The notes under the pieces were generated by a model that saw only the letters and a program-made list of their open reading frames with translations, did not search any database and was not told the origin of the DNA. DNA of 64,000 bases from Macrostomum lignano (lineage: Eukaryota). Both the position numbers and the translations under genes were made by a program. Below are positions 38,402-51,000 of this stretch, piece after piece. The stretch is taken from NCBI GenBank assembly GCA_002269645.1, contig NIVC01002664.1, positions 1 through 64,000 on the forward strand. The letters run 5' to 3'. Positions within the stretch are counted from its first letter, which is position 1. The number at the start of each line of letters is the position of its first letter.

Positions 38402-38967
38402 CCCCCACCCCACTTGTGACGATCGTTGTGCTAAATCAATAATTTTTCTTCAGGACGCCAAAATATAGCGCTTTCGGCGCCAAATGAGTGCCTGCATCAC
38501 TAAAATGCGTGCCTGCGTCGCTAAAGTGCGTGCCTGCGGCGCTAAAACGAGTGCCTGCGTTGCTATAAAAGGGATGCCTGCGGTGCCAAAGTGAGTGATT
38601 GCGGCGCCAAAATGAGCGCTGACAACACGATTCTCAAAATAATGGAAATGTAGGAATTTAGTCATGTGCATGTTCAATTCTTGGCTTTGTCCCCCCACCA
38701 TAAATCCATGGCGACACCCCTGAGTATAAGTCTTCTGGCTCCAGGCTTCAGGCCGTACTGATCCCGCGGAAAGGCCGGGATAGGGCGATAGCTACTTGGA
38801 TAGGACGAAACGACGGCGCTTCGTCGACGGCTTGCTGGGTGATGCCCAGCAGCGCCCCGAACTCGGTCGGCGGAGCGCCTATACGCTCTTAATTGCCCAA
38901 ACCTTGTGTCGACGCTGCTTAATATATTTAAAACTTAATGGCAGCGTATTTTTGTAGTTTTTTCTAT

Positions 38968-38974
38968 CGTTTTC

Positions 38975-39011
<37 letters not shown>

Positions 39012-39087
39012 ATTATTGTTGTTGTTGTCGTCGTCGTTGTTGTTGTTGTTAGTGTCGTTTTGTTGTTGTTGTTGTTATTGTTGTTGT
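38968..39087. repeat. (ATT)n/(GTT)n/(GTC)n trinucleotide microsatellite
   Basis: Direct reading. Confidence 0.9.
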
Positions 39088-40129
39088 GTTGCTTACTAAG
39101 ATGTGAATTTCTTTTCTCCTCATCCATGCAATCAGCCTTATTTCATAAGGACTGCTATAAATTTAATCGAATGTTTCAATTGTTCAATTGCTTCAACACG
39201 AAATTAAGTACGCCTCGTAAATTAACGAGCACAAAAAAACTTTTAATTTTGGTATCCATTAAGTTCGCGCATGGCTTTTCATATTACCAATTCCAGAATC
39301 AGAGTCGGTTCGGATCTTCCAAGAAAAACAGCAGTATAACTATTTAATTCTATTGAATGTTTGACTGCCTTAACAACCTCACTTAGCACAATTTTCACTT
39401 TCTTCTTGGTGATTGTCATTCAATATAATAAGAACTTTATGGCACGTATCTCCCTCTATAGTTATGGAGAAAAAAAGTTATACTTCACAAATTGGTTCTG
39501 GTTCTGGAACCAGAACAAGCAATATGAAAAGGCCCTTTGACGCTGACGGAAGTGCGATTATTGTACTTAAATAATACAATCTTTAGCTAAATGCGCCCAA
39601 ACTTTTGTTAAGCACTTAAACAGTAAAGCCTTAAAAAATTTAGTACTTTCAGCTCTTATAACCCATTTAGATGTTTTAAGGTCTTATATTCAGAGTGTTT
39701 AACGATTGTTAACAATGTCTATTTTGGCGCAAATTTGAATCTAACGAATGTAAAGAAAGAGGTTTGGTTTAAGGTCTTGTTTGAATTTTCAAAATGTTGG
39801 GCTCGTATGTGCACTGTGTAGTAAGGATATATAAACACATCTTCTGAAATGTCATAGAAAATGTTAGAAAATATGTCTAAAAATGTATTGGTAAAATGTA
39901 TGGTAAAAATGTATCTAAAACAACACTTGCTGACCTATCTTTTGACATTTTCTGTGGCATTTTAAGTGTCATAAGAATATCAAAAGATGTGTTGGCAAAA
40001 GTTAATTATTCTAACATTTTTTCTAATACTTTGCAACATTTTATCTTTAAGTGTTGTAAAAAAGGTCAAAAGATATATTTGAGTATATGTCAGCAAAAGT
40101 TATATAGGCCATTATCTGTAGTCTAGCCA

Positions 40130-40896
40130 ATGTGTGGGTTCCCCGACAGATATTCACCCGACAGATATTTTTTCTTCGGGCAGATAATTCAAAAAAAAAT
40201 GAATTTATGTTTCGGGATACATTTCTTACTCTGACGCCATATTCAGCTTTAAAAAATTGTAAGCAGAATTTTTCTGACCCAAAGAATAAAAAATTGGCAT
40301 GAATGCAAAGTGTGTCAAAAGACGAATTCATTGGCACCCCTAACAAACACATTTTGGAAGCAAATATCTCGGGAAATACAAAAGGGAATCATGTGTCTAA
40401 GATGTCATTGCAAAGCTGAGACATGCGTCAAGAAGTGATAAAAGTTTCAGAGCAAATGATTGAAGCATTGAGACGCAGCGATAAATCAAAGTTTTGGTTT
40501 ATCTTGGTTGAAGATCGTTGATCAACAAAAACTTTGATTTATCGCTGCATCTCAATGCTTCAATCATTTGCTCTGAAACTTTTATCACTTCTTGACGCAT
40601 GTCTCAGCTTTGCAATGACATCTTAGACACATGATTCCCTTTTGTATTTCCCGAGATATTTGCTTCCAAAATGTGTTTGTTAGGGGTGCCAATGAATTCG
40701 TCTTTTGACACACTTTGTATTCATGCCAATTTTTTATTCTTTGGGTCAGAAAAATTCTGCTTACAAATTTTTAAAGCTGAATATGGCGTCAGAGTAAGAA
40801 ATGTATCCCGAAACATAAATTCATTTTTTGTTTGATTTATCTGCCCGAAGAAAAAATATCTGTCGGGGGTGAATATCTGTCGGGGAACCCACACAT
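40130..40896. mobile_element. 767-bp fold-back element (near-perfect palindrome) with a 9-bp TSD; Mutator/Foldback-like MITE
   Basis: Arms ~40130-40497 and ~40530-40896 are near-exact reverse complements (ATGTGTGGGTTCCCCGACAG...CTGTCGGGGAACCCACACAT); TSD GTCTAGCCA at 40121-40129 and 40897-40905. Confidence 0.9.
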
Positions 40897-41599
40897 GTCT
40901 AGCCATTCATTAAGCTATTATAGCAAAAGATAGCAATTGATAAGATTTTATGGACTAATATAGCAACTTGTTTATATAATCAAATCAATGCTAGAATAGC
41001 AATATGGCCTGTGTGGCCTAGGCCTATATAAAGAACTTGGTAATGCAAAAAGTGCTTCTCTAAAAATGCATTGAAACCAATTTGTTCCATAAGTAAATAT
41101 GACTTATAGTCAATAGCAATGATTAATATTGTTAGCAGTCAATTCCTTAGCTTATAAAGCTGAGTTCTATCATTTTTGGTTGATACTAATAAATTGATAT
41201 TAGGCATTGGCATTGGTAATTGTAAATTGAAGGTAGCTGCATTGCCTTAGTTGGTAGTAGTAGAAAATAGTAAATCTAGGATTGTTAGACAAAGCTAAAC
41301 TTAGTCTTAAATAAGCCTTCTTAACTAGAGGCAAGAAAGGTAAGCCTAGAAGTAATTTTATTTTTATTTTAGGAGGGATAATTTTTAATTCTAAATACTA
41401 TACTAGTATGTATAATAAGATAAATGTGCCATATGCCTATAGTCATAGTAATCTATATGAATTTTTTGTTAACTAGAATATATATATATTGGATCAAACA
41501 GAAAGTTCTCACATTTTGTAGAGCCTTCCATAAAACAAAGTTTTTTAAAACATGGAGGCACATCAATCCAAGATATAATTGTCATTATTATCAATCACT

Positions 41600-42400
41600 T
41601 TTTGTCAGCAAGTGATCATCAAAGCCATGTGTGGCCACACATTGTCATTGGGGAATTGGATGGGGCCATGGTTAGGATGCTTGTATTTGATATTGCAGCC
41701 AGTCTGTCCAGTTGTTGATAGTAGACAGTTGCATTAACACTCTGACCTGGGTTGAGCAGTCCCTAGTACAGCATACCTTGGCTGTCCCATCAGATGCACA
41801 GCAGGACCTTGCGGGGGTAGAGATCAGTCTTTGGCTGGGGCTAGGTGGTGCTACCTTTGTCAACCCATAATTGGTAGCAGCGCTTGTTGAAGAATAGACA
41901 CCACTTCTCATCACTCGTAACAATCGACTTCAGCTAGGCTGTTGTGCATCGGTAGGACAGCAAAGTTGTTAAGGCACTGGATTGGCACTGGTAGTCAAAG
42001 GGAGTCAGATCGTGGGTACCCATTGGTTGATCTTGTATACCTTGCTAAGTGCATGTAGATGATTGACGACTGCTTGGTGTGATACTCCCAGTTCTTCTGC
42101 TAAGTTATAGGCAGTTAGGTGAGGATCATCCTATAGTAGCTGTAGGATGCAGTCGTCTTCAATGGTTGTGAGTCAACTGGATTGGGGCTGATCTTCAAGG
42201 CCCTCATCTCCAGATTGGAATCATTTAAACCAATATCGGGCCATGAATTCGGACACAGTCCCATGGCCAAATGTGTCACATAAGCGGCGACTCAATTCAG
42301 CAGCGTTGAGATTGAGACCCACTGTAAAGTCGTAAAGAATACAGTCGGATTGGGGGCTTGGATAGAGACATGTAGCACAGTATTGTAGCACTGTAGCTGA
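41600..42400 (-). pseudogene. Degenerate mariner (Tc1/mariner DD34D-type) transposase relic
   Basis: Minus-strand translation gives WVP(H), SIVTSDEKWCLFFN, LYPRKVLLCI*WD, NPGQSVNATVYYQQLDRL and NDNVWPH (compare HDNARPH), with many stops and a frameshift. Confidence 0.85.
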
Positions 42401-42829
42401 AAATTGAGTTTGGGTTGCTCTGCGTCAGTCAATGGACTTTTTATATCCCTGCACACAAAACCTGGAAGCTTCCAGAAATTTCTGTTTAACCCAATAGAAC
42501 TTTACTTTTTAAAGTATATAAAAAATGATTTGTCTTAGCTCCCTAGAAAAAATATAGTCATTCAATAATTCCAATCTTATTGGAATAAGTTAACATTTGG
42601 TAGACATCATCTAGTATGCTCAGGAAAGTTGGTCTAGCTTATTTATATGCACATGCATGGATGTATATCTAAGATATAGAAGTATCTGTGCATAGTGCTA
42701 GGGCAAAAGTGAATGTCACAAACCTTGAGTGGGCTTTGCAGGCTGAAGTTTTCCAACCCGAAAAGTTGCAATACAAAAAGTGACGTAACTCTACTAACAA
42801 TTGATGCTTATAATAAACTAATCTAATAG

Positions 42830-45804
42830 CTCAAAATCATCATTGAGCCTGTTGGCAATTTCCAGTCGTCAAGGCCTACTAATTGGCCGATTTTTGTCTA
42901 GAAATGCGACAACTGCTCGCCACCTAGCTAGCGTGCCTAGTGCCAGTTTCAATGGCACCAATGGAAGCAGTCAGAGTCGAGGTCCTCAATGGGCTTCGAA
43001 AGTGGCACTTGTTAGCGGTGGATTCTTAGCTGGCTGCTGTCTGACAGTCTGGCAGTTGAGACGTCAGCGCAGCTTCAGCGAGGCTGCAGGCAGTGGCGTG
43101 GCTTTGGCTGCCAGCGCTAACAGGCCGACCCCGCCAACTAGCGTCAACCACATCGCCGATCTGGTGGAGCTGGTGTCTCCCACGGCAGTTAACATCCGGG
43201 TAGAGGGCAGCACGGCGCTGCACTCAATGCTTGGCATGCCCAGCTCGCAGGGCTCCGGGTTTATTATACGCGAGGATGGCCTTATTTTAACAAATGCTCA
43301 CGTGGCTGGAAGGTTTAAGGTGAGAACGGAGTAACCTGCTGTTGCTTGTTGGTTACCTGTGAATCTGTTATTAAAAGTCTAGGTGAAATCTCTGTGTATG
43401 GGACAATATTGGCGCCATCTCTGACACTACTGGTGCCATATTTGACACTATTGGCGCCATCTCTGATCTCTGACACTATTGGCGCCATCTCTGACACACT
43501 ATTGGCGCCATCTTCGACACACTACTGGCGCCAACTTTGACACATTTCTGGCGCCTTCTTTGACACACTACTGGCGCCATCTCTGAGATAATCGGCGCCA
43601 TCTCTAACACACTATTGGCGCCATCTCTGGCACACTATTGGCGCCATCTCTGACACGCTATCGGCGCCATCTCTAATACACTGTCGGCGCCGCTATCTTT
43701 GACACACTATTGGCGCCATCTCTGACAAACTATCGGCGCCATCTTTAACATAATCGGAGCAATCTCTGAGACATATCGGCACCATCTCTGATACACTATT
43801 GGCGCCATCTTCGACACACTATTGGCGCCATCTCTGACACTATTGTCGCCATATTTGACACTATTGGCGCCATCTCTGACACTATTGGCGCCATCTCTGA
43901 CACATTATTGGCGCCATCTCTGACACAATTGTTGCCATATCTGACACTATTAACGCCATCTTTGACACTATTGGCGCCATCTCTGACACACTATTGGCGC
44001 ATCTTCGATACACTACTGGTGCCTTCTTTGACACACTACTGGCGCCATCTCTGAGATAATCGGCGCCATCTCTAACACACTATTGGTGCCATCTCTGGCA
44101 CACTATTGGCGCCAACTCTGACACGCTATCGGCGCCATCTCTAGTACACTATCGGCGCCGCTATCTTTGACACACTATTGGCGCCATCTCTGACAAACTG
44201 TCGGCGCCATCTTTAAGATAATCGGAGCAATCTCTGACACGCGATTGGCGTCATCTCTGAGACAATCAGCGCCACTTTTATCTAATATATCGGTGATAAT
44301 ATCGGCGCTATTTTCTATCTTTCCAGATCTAGTACAGAAAAGTCTAGTATTGTTACTATAAAAAAGTACTTTATCACCATTATCAACGCAGGGCAGCCTG
44401 GTTGTCACCCTAACAGACGGTCGCGAGCTGCCCGCAGAGCTGATAGCTATAGACGCTGAGAGCGACATGGCTCTAGTGAAGGTGTCGGCTCGCGACCTTC
44501 CCGTGCTACCGTTGGGCCAGTCGAAGCGCTGCCGAGCTGGCGAATGGGTCATCGCGATTGGCTCTCCGCTGACCCTCAGCAACACGGTCACGGTTGGTAT
44601 TCTCAGCAATACAGCCAGAAATTTGGGCACCGGTAGCAATATTGAGTATCTGCAAACTGATGCCGCCATCACGTTTGGAAATTCTGGCGGGCCATTGGTG
44701 GATATGCATGGCCAGGTGAGCCCGGTATTTTTATTATTGCCTGTTTAACACCTGTTAGACAGAAGCTATACCTGTTAGACATAAGCTATACTTGTTAGAC
44801 AGAAGCTATACATGTTAGATAGAAGCTATACTTGTTAGATAGAAGCTATACTTGTTAGACAGAAGCTATACATGTTAGACAGAAGCTATACTTGTTAGAC
44901 AGAAGCTATACCTGTTAGACAGAAGCTATACTTGTTAGACATAAGCTATACTTGTTAGACAGAAGCTATACTTGTTAGACAGAAGCTATACTTGTTAGAC
45001 AGAAGCCTCACCTGTTAGACAGAAGCCTCACCTGTTATGCAGAAGCCTCGCCTGTTAGACGGAAGCTTTACCTGTTAGACAGGAGCCTCACCTGTTAGAC
45101 GGAAGCTTTACCTGTTAGACAGGAACCTCCCCTGTTAGACAGAAGCCTCACCTGTTACACAGAAGCCTCACCTGTTAGACAGAAGTCTTATCTGTTAGGC
45201 AGAAGCCTCACCTGTTAGACAGAAGCCTTATCTGTTAGGCAGAAGCCTCACCTGTTAGACAGAAGCCTTATCTGTTAGGCAGAAGCTTTACCTGTTAGAC
45301 AAAACCCTCAACTGTTAGACAGAAGCCTCACCTGTTAGACACAATTTCCGCGCACTTTTACTGCAGGCGATCGGCATCAACACGCTGAAAGCGGACGCTG
45401 GCATCAGCTTCGCCATTCCCATCGACGAGGCGAAGAATTTCGTAGACCAGGCCCTGTCCACCTCTCGCCAAGTGATCAGCCGTCCAAAGGCCTATCTGGG
45501 CCTCACGCTGCTGTCGCTCAACCCCACCATCGCCAGGCGGGTCTTCGGTCGCGATGGCATTGACAAAGGCGTCCTGGTGCACTCGGTTCACCCGGACTCG
45601 CCAGCTCAGCGGGCCGGCCTGGCCAGTTATGACGTCATTCTGACTGCGGACGGCGAGCCGGTTCGTCGGGTGTCCGATCTGCACCGCGCTGTTGCCAAGG
45701 CAACGCAACGAGGCGGTGGTAAATCTGTGACTGTTCGATTGCTGGTGCTGCGGTCTGGGCGCGAGCTTCAGCTGGATGTGCAGCCAGAACTGCAGGGCGG
45801 ATGA
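42830..45804 (+). CDS. HTRA2: HtrA2/Omi-like mitochondrial serine protease with a PDZ domain; exons ~42830-43319, 44392-44715, 45367-45804; start codon not located
   Basis: Transit-like N-terminus, TM segment VALVSGGFLAGCCLTVW, NHIADLVELVSPTAVNI; catalytic triad TNAHV / ESDMAL / GNSGGPL; PDZ YLGLTLLSL...DSPAQRAGL..DVIL. Phase-0 GT-AG junctions. Confidence 0.93.
43405..44275. repeat. Degenerate ~22-24-bp intronic minisatellite (actattggcgccatctctgacac)
   Basis: Repeated ggcgccatct core in HtrA2 intron 1. Confidence 0.9.
44745..45342. repeat. 20-bp intronic minisatellite (gttagacagaagctatactt, grading to ..gcctcacct)
   Basis: Fills nearly all of HtrA2 intron 2. Confidence 0.95.
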
Positions 45805-47254
45805 GTGGCTGGTGACTATGGCCAGGTTTAAAGCCATTGAGGAAATATTGAGTATCAGCTTCTGCCTGTCTTTACTGTGTCTTTGTGCCTGTGTGTCTGC
45901 TCTGTCTGTCTGCTCTGTCTGTTAGTTTTCCTGCTGCAAATCTTACTGAAAGTCTGCCATTGTTTCAGAAGATAAAGGATGCGAAAGAAGAGCTAGACAA
46001 GCTTATCCAGCGATTTAGTGTGTTAATATGGCTAGTAGACCTGCCGTCTTTGATGCTTAGTTGAATAAAATGCAAGTATTGACTCCCAGCATCGCCTATT
46101 ATTAGTTAATAAATAATTGTAATTAATTTTTTGCGCTCATAGTTTAATGTGTAGATATAATGAAAAGTTACTTGCTTAGAGACCGTGAGAGACACTGCAT
46201 ATTTCTAATGTCTTCGTTTGAAATTTCAATTTCATTAAATAGTTCATACTTTTAGTAATCAATGCAAATCAGGCACTTATTAGCAAATCCCAGATCCTCA
46301 TAATTCAGCTATTCTAATCCCAGATCCTCATAATTCAGCTATTCAAATCCCAGATCCTCATAATTCAGCTATTCTAATCCCAGATCCTCATAATTCAGCT
46401 ATTCGAATCCCAGATCCTCATAATTCAGCTATTCTAATCCCAGATCCTCATAATTCAGCTATTCAAATCCCAGATCCTCATAATTCAGCTATTCTAATCC
46501 CAGATCCTCATAATTCAGCTATTCAAATCCCAGATCCTCATAATTCAGCTATTCTAATCCCAGATCCTCATAATTCAGCTATTCAAATCCCAGATCCTCA
46601 TAATTTAGCTATTCAAATCCCAGATTCTCATAATTCAGCTATTCAAATCCCAGATCCTCATAATTCAGCTATTCAAATCCCAGATCCTCATAATTCAGCT
46701 ATTCAAATCCCAGATCCTCATAATTTAGCTATTCAAATCCCAGATTCTCATAATTCAGCTATTCAAATCCCAGATCCTCATAATTCAGCTATTCAAATCC
46801 CAGATCCTCATAATTCAGCCATTCAAATCCCAGATCCCCATAATTCAGCTATTTACGCTCGTAAGTCCCAGATCCTCATAACTCAGCTATTCAAATCCCA
46901 GATCCCACAATTCAGCCATTCAAATCCCAGATCCTCATAATTCAGCCATTCAAATCCCAGATCCTCATAATTCAGCTATTCAAATCCCAGATCCCCATAA
47001 TTCAGCTATTCAAATAATGTTCGTCTATTATTCGTCTATGTGCGAAACCATCTGCCCCCGTTTATATATCGACCCCAAACAAGCGACCAAATATATAAAA
47101 AAAATCATTCTCGGCCTAGCACCGATTACTGTGGCTTAATGCCAAGAACATAACATGGCATCGCAAGCAGCGATTTTGATGCACTGATTCATAAGTTGCA
47201 TCCTACACTGCATTCGGACATACGGAACCTGCCGACAGTCCAGAACCAGCTAGA

Positions 47255-48090
47255 ATGGCACCTCCATCTCCAAGTAGGGCTCCGACAATATCGCCATCTC
47301 GAGGGCACAGCAGTACTGCGGTCACAGGAAGCAGAGTCAGCTTGCCGGGCCTGCAGATACCACGCCTCGACCTGGCCACCGACACGGTCGACGAGTTCGA
47401 CGCGTGGAGAGCTACCATCGAGGCATACTTCGAAGCCATGGGAGTGCAAAAGTCCGACGCCGACAGCAATGAAGTGGCCGCGCAAAAGCGAGCAAACCGC
47501 AGAGCTTGCATCCTCAACTCTTTCTCTGCAACCACGTACAACAAGTACAAGAATCTGCCCCTCACAGAGGCTGAATTTCGGGATCCTGAGAAGGTGATCC
47601 AGACACTCCGTGCGCATCTAATCGGGCAAGTAAACATTATTGTTGAGCGAAATCGCTTTTGGACCCGGCAGCAGAAGGAGGGAGAAGCATTTTCTGATTT
47701 TTTGATGGAATTACGAGACCTCATGAGAACTTGTGCGTTTTGTCAGCATGCCGACGATCTATTGAGAGATAAAATTGTCCTGGGAATACGAAACCCGGAC
47801 ACTATTAGCCGAGCCAAAGCTTAGCTTATCAGAAGCGGTAACCATTTGCCAAGCTGAAGAAGCGTCTATCAAACAGCGGGACGAAATTTGCAAGTCAGCG
47901 AGCCTGAATGCGCTAAAAATATCTGCGTACAGGACGACTAAGCACCCGGGATTCCTAAAAGGACAACCCCAGACGAGCAAAAGTCAATCGTGTGGCTACT
48001 GCGGTAAGCAAAAGCACTCGGGTGAGACATGTCCGGCCAGAGACAAAACTTGTCGTCGCTGTGGCAAAAAGGGCACTTCGATAGAGTGTG
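47255..48090 (+). pseudogene. gag: Gypsy gag, broken by two apparent small deletions (~47805 and ~48072)
   Basis: Pieces lie in three frames: ...LLRDKIVLGIRNPDT / LLAEPKLSLSEAVTICQAEE...CGYCGKQKH..TCPARDKTCRRCGKK / GHFDRVCRSK. Confidence 0.8.
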
Positions 48091-51000
48091 CCGCTCGAAA
48101 AATACACTAAGCAAAAAACCCAGTGAATCGTCGCGAAAAGGAAGCATTCAATCGCTAATAGCCATGCTGCAACCTGATTGTCCCGTAGTGAATGTACAAA
48201 TCGGAGGTGTCACACTAACAATGATGCCCGACACTGGCTCAAATATAACCGCTATCAGAGTAGAAGACATGCAAAAGCTGGCAAGGAGGCCACGAATTTT
48301 AGAAGCCGCTGATGGTCCAACAGCCGCGAATGGACAGTACATGAAAGTAATAGGAAAGTTTCGCGACTCAATCTCGATCGGTGAGACCAAGATCACAACA
48401 GACATTTACGTTCTTGATCGCCTGACGGTACCGGTCTTGTCATGGAGAGCATGTGTTGATTTGGGAATAATTCCCAGGTATTTTCCTCGACAACAAATCA
48501 ACTCGATCGCCACAAGAACTGCTACAGCAGAAGACCTAATCAGCGAATTCCCGGCTGTATTCGATGGGATAGTAAGACCAATGAAGGGTGAAGCATTTTC
48601 GATCAAGCTTCGTGAAGACGCTCAACCTTTCTCCATTAAGACACCAAGGAGGATACCGTTCCCATTGTACGAGCGACTTAAAGCTGAGCTGGACTCGTTG
48701 GAAGCTCAGGAAATAATCTGCAAAGTCACTGCTCCTACGCAGTGGTGTGCACCAATAGTGGTGGCGCCAAAGAAAGACAATGGGATACGGATGTGCGTCG
48801 ACTTTCGGGAATTAAACAAATATGTTATTCGACCAAGGTACCAGTCTCAGACGCCATTGGAAGTCGTTGCAAGCACAGATGCTAGTCGCGCCAAGTATTT
48901 CTCTGTAGTTGACGCCTTGAAAGGATACCACCAAATACCGCTGGCTAAAGAAAGTATGCACCTGACAACGTTCATCACGCCGTTTGGTCGTTATATGTTT
49001 AGGATGGCACCATTCGGTATAAGCTCTATTTCTGAGTATTACAACCAGAGACTTGACGACACTTTTCAAGGACTCAAGGAAGTTCGGCATGTCGTTGATG
49101 ACTGTCTGGTCGCAACTTCTGACGAGGAATCACACGTACAAGCGGTTCGTCAGTTTCTGCAGCGCTGTCAAGACAATGGGGTAGCATTAAATAAAAAGAA
49201 GTTTGCATTTTGCAAGACTCAAATTGATTTTGCCGGATTTCGATTGTCAGCTGATGGCTACAGCATTGATCCGGAGCTTATGAAAGCGGTCAGAAAATTT
49301 CCCACTCCAAACAATATTACCGACCTACGCGCGTTCTTTGGCCTAGTCAACCAAGTCGGCACGTTTACGTCAGACATAGCAGAAGTCACAGCCTCGTTAA
49401 GGCCGCTGCTGTCCGAGAAGAATTTATTTCAATGGGGAGACGAACATCAAACGGCATTTGAAGAAGCCCGTCGCCGCCTGGCAATTGCTCCTACACTGGC
49501 CTATTATGACCAACGCAAGCCAACAGCCCTGCACACGGATGCATCTCGACTTAAGGGAATCGGATTCTTGCTCAAACAGCAGCAGACCGATGGAAGCTGG
49601 CGTGTGGTTCAAGCTGGCTCGAGATTCATTTCAGAGACCGAGTCACGCTATGCCATGATCGAGTTGGAACTGTTAGCTGTGGTCTGGGCGACTCAGAAGT
49701 GCAGACTCTTCCTTGAGGGGCTTCATGAGTTTGAAATTGTAACCGACCACAAGCCGCTGATACCAATCCTGAACAGTTACCAGCTGGATCAAATAGAAAA
49801 TCCCAGAATTCAGCGTCTTCGAGCGAAACTGAACCGCTACGTATACAAGGCGCGATGGGTAAAAGGCAAGGACAATGCCGACGCAGACGCTCTGTCGCGA
49901 GCACCAGTGGACAATCCGACTGCACAGGATGAACTGGGCGAGTCTGCAGATTTTCAACTTACCAATCAGCTCTTAATGCACCTCGAATCAGCAGAGCTGG
50001 ATCCTATTCTGCAAAGCGTGCGACAAAGCACAGCTTCTGATCAGGAGTTGCAAGACCTGATGCAATATATTCGGGATGGCTTTCCCAATGACAAGGCAAA
50101 CTTACCTCTTTGCATTCGGTCATTTTGGCATGTAAGAGACAAGCTCTCAGTCGACGACGGCATCATTCTATGCGGATGTCGTTGCGTCATACTACATGCA
50201 ATGAGGAAGCAGATTTTGACGGACTTACACGCAAGTCACCAAGGTCTGCACAAGACAAAGCAGAGAGCAAGGATGGTCGTCTACTGGCCTGGCATCGATC
50301 GGGACATTGAAAGTACAGTCAAGCAGTGTCAGTCCTGTCGGGAACATCTACCATCGCAGATCAGGGAGCCGATGACAACCCAGGACCAACCGGATCGATG
50401 TTTTCAACACATACATGCAGATTTCTGCGAGCATGCCGGCAAGAAGTTCCTTGTGCTCGTGGATGCATACTCAGGCTGGCCAGCGTTCTGTCATTTCGGT
50501 GATCGAGCACCCACGTACAAGCTGATAAACGCTTGCCGCGAATTCTTTTGCCAAACAGCTGTACCGGAGAAATTCTGTGCAGACTGTGGGCCACAATTTA
50601 AAGCACAGCCGTTCGTTAATTTTTTACGTCGCTGGGGTGTGAACATCAAATACTCATCTCCGTATTACCATCAAAGCAATGGAAGAGCAGAAGCTGCCGT
50701 GAAAAGTATAAAGAAGATCGTTCGAGGAGCATGGGACAGTCGCTTGAATGACTTGGACAAAGACAAGATGGCTCAGGGTTTGCTGCAGCTGCGAAACACG
50801 CCCATGTACGATGGCAGAATTCCATCTGTAATGGTCTATGGACACACAGTCAGAGACACGCTGCCCGCGCATAGGAAAAGTTTTGCAAAGGAATGGAAGG
50901 ACAAGGTCTGGAAAATGGAGGAAAAAGCTGCAGAAATTCACGCTAAAGTTCATCAACACTACAATGCTTCGAAGCGACAACTGGAACCTCTCCGAGTCGG

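Larger units (their letters stand above)
34933..38722. mobile_element. hAT-type MITE (~398 bp net), split by the LINE insertion
   Basis: Termini CAGGCGCGTCGCCA / TGGCGACACCCCTG (imperfect TIR); 8-bp flanks AGCATAAG (34925-34932) and AGTATAAG (38723-38730). Confidence 0.75.

Noticed and set aside
38755-38815. Hammerhead ribozyme (CTGA...GAAA)
   Set aside because: The core requires CUGANGA; here it is CTGATCC, and the stems do not form the three-way junction.
43405-44275. CRISPR-like array of ggcgccatct repeats
   Set aside because: The intervening sequences are themselves variants of one unit, not unique spacers; the array is in a eukaryotic intron and there are no cas genes.
47800-48080. Programmed ribosomal frameshifting in the Gypsy
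   Set aside because: The breaks fall inside the capsid region and the Zn knuckle and appear to lack bases, rather than lying at a gag/pol boundary.
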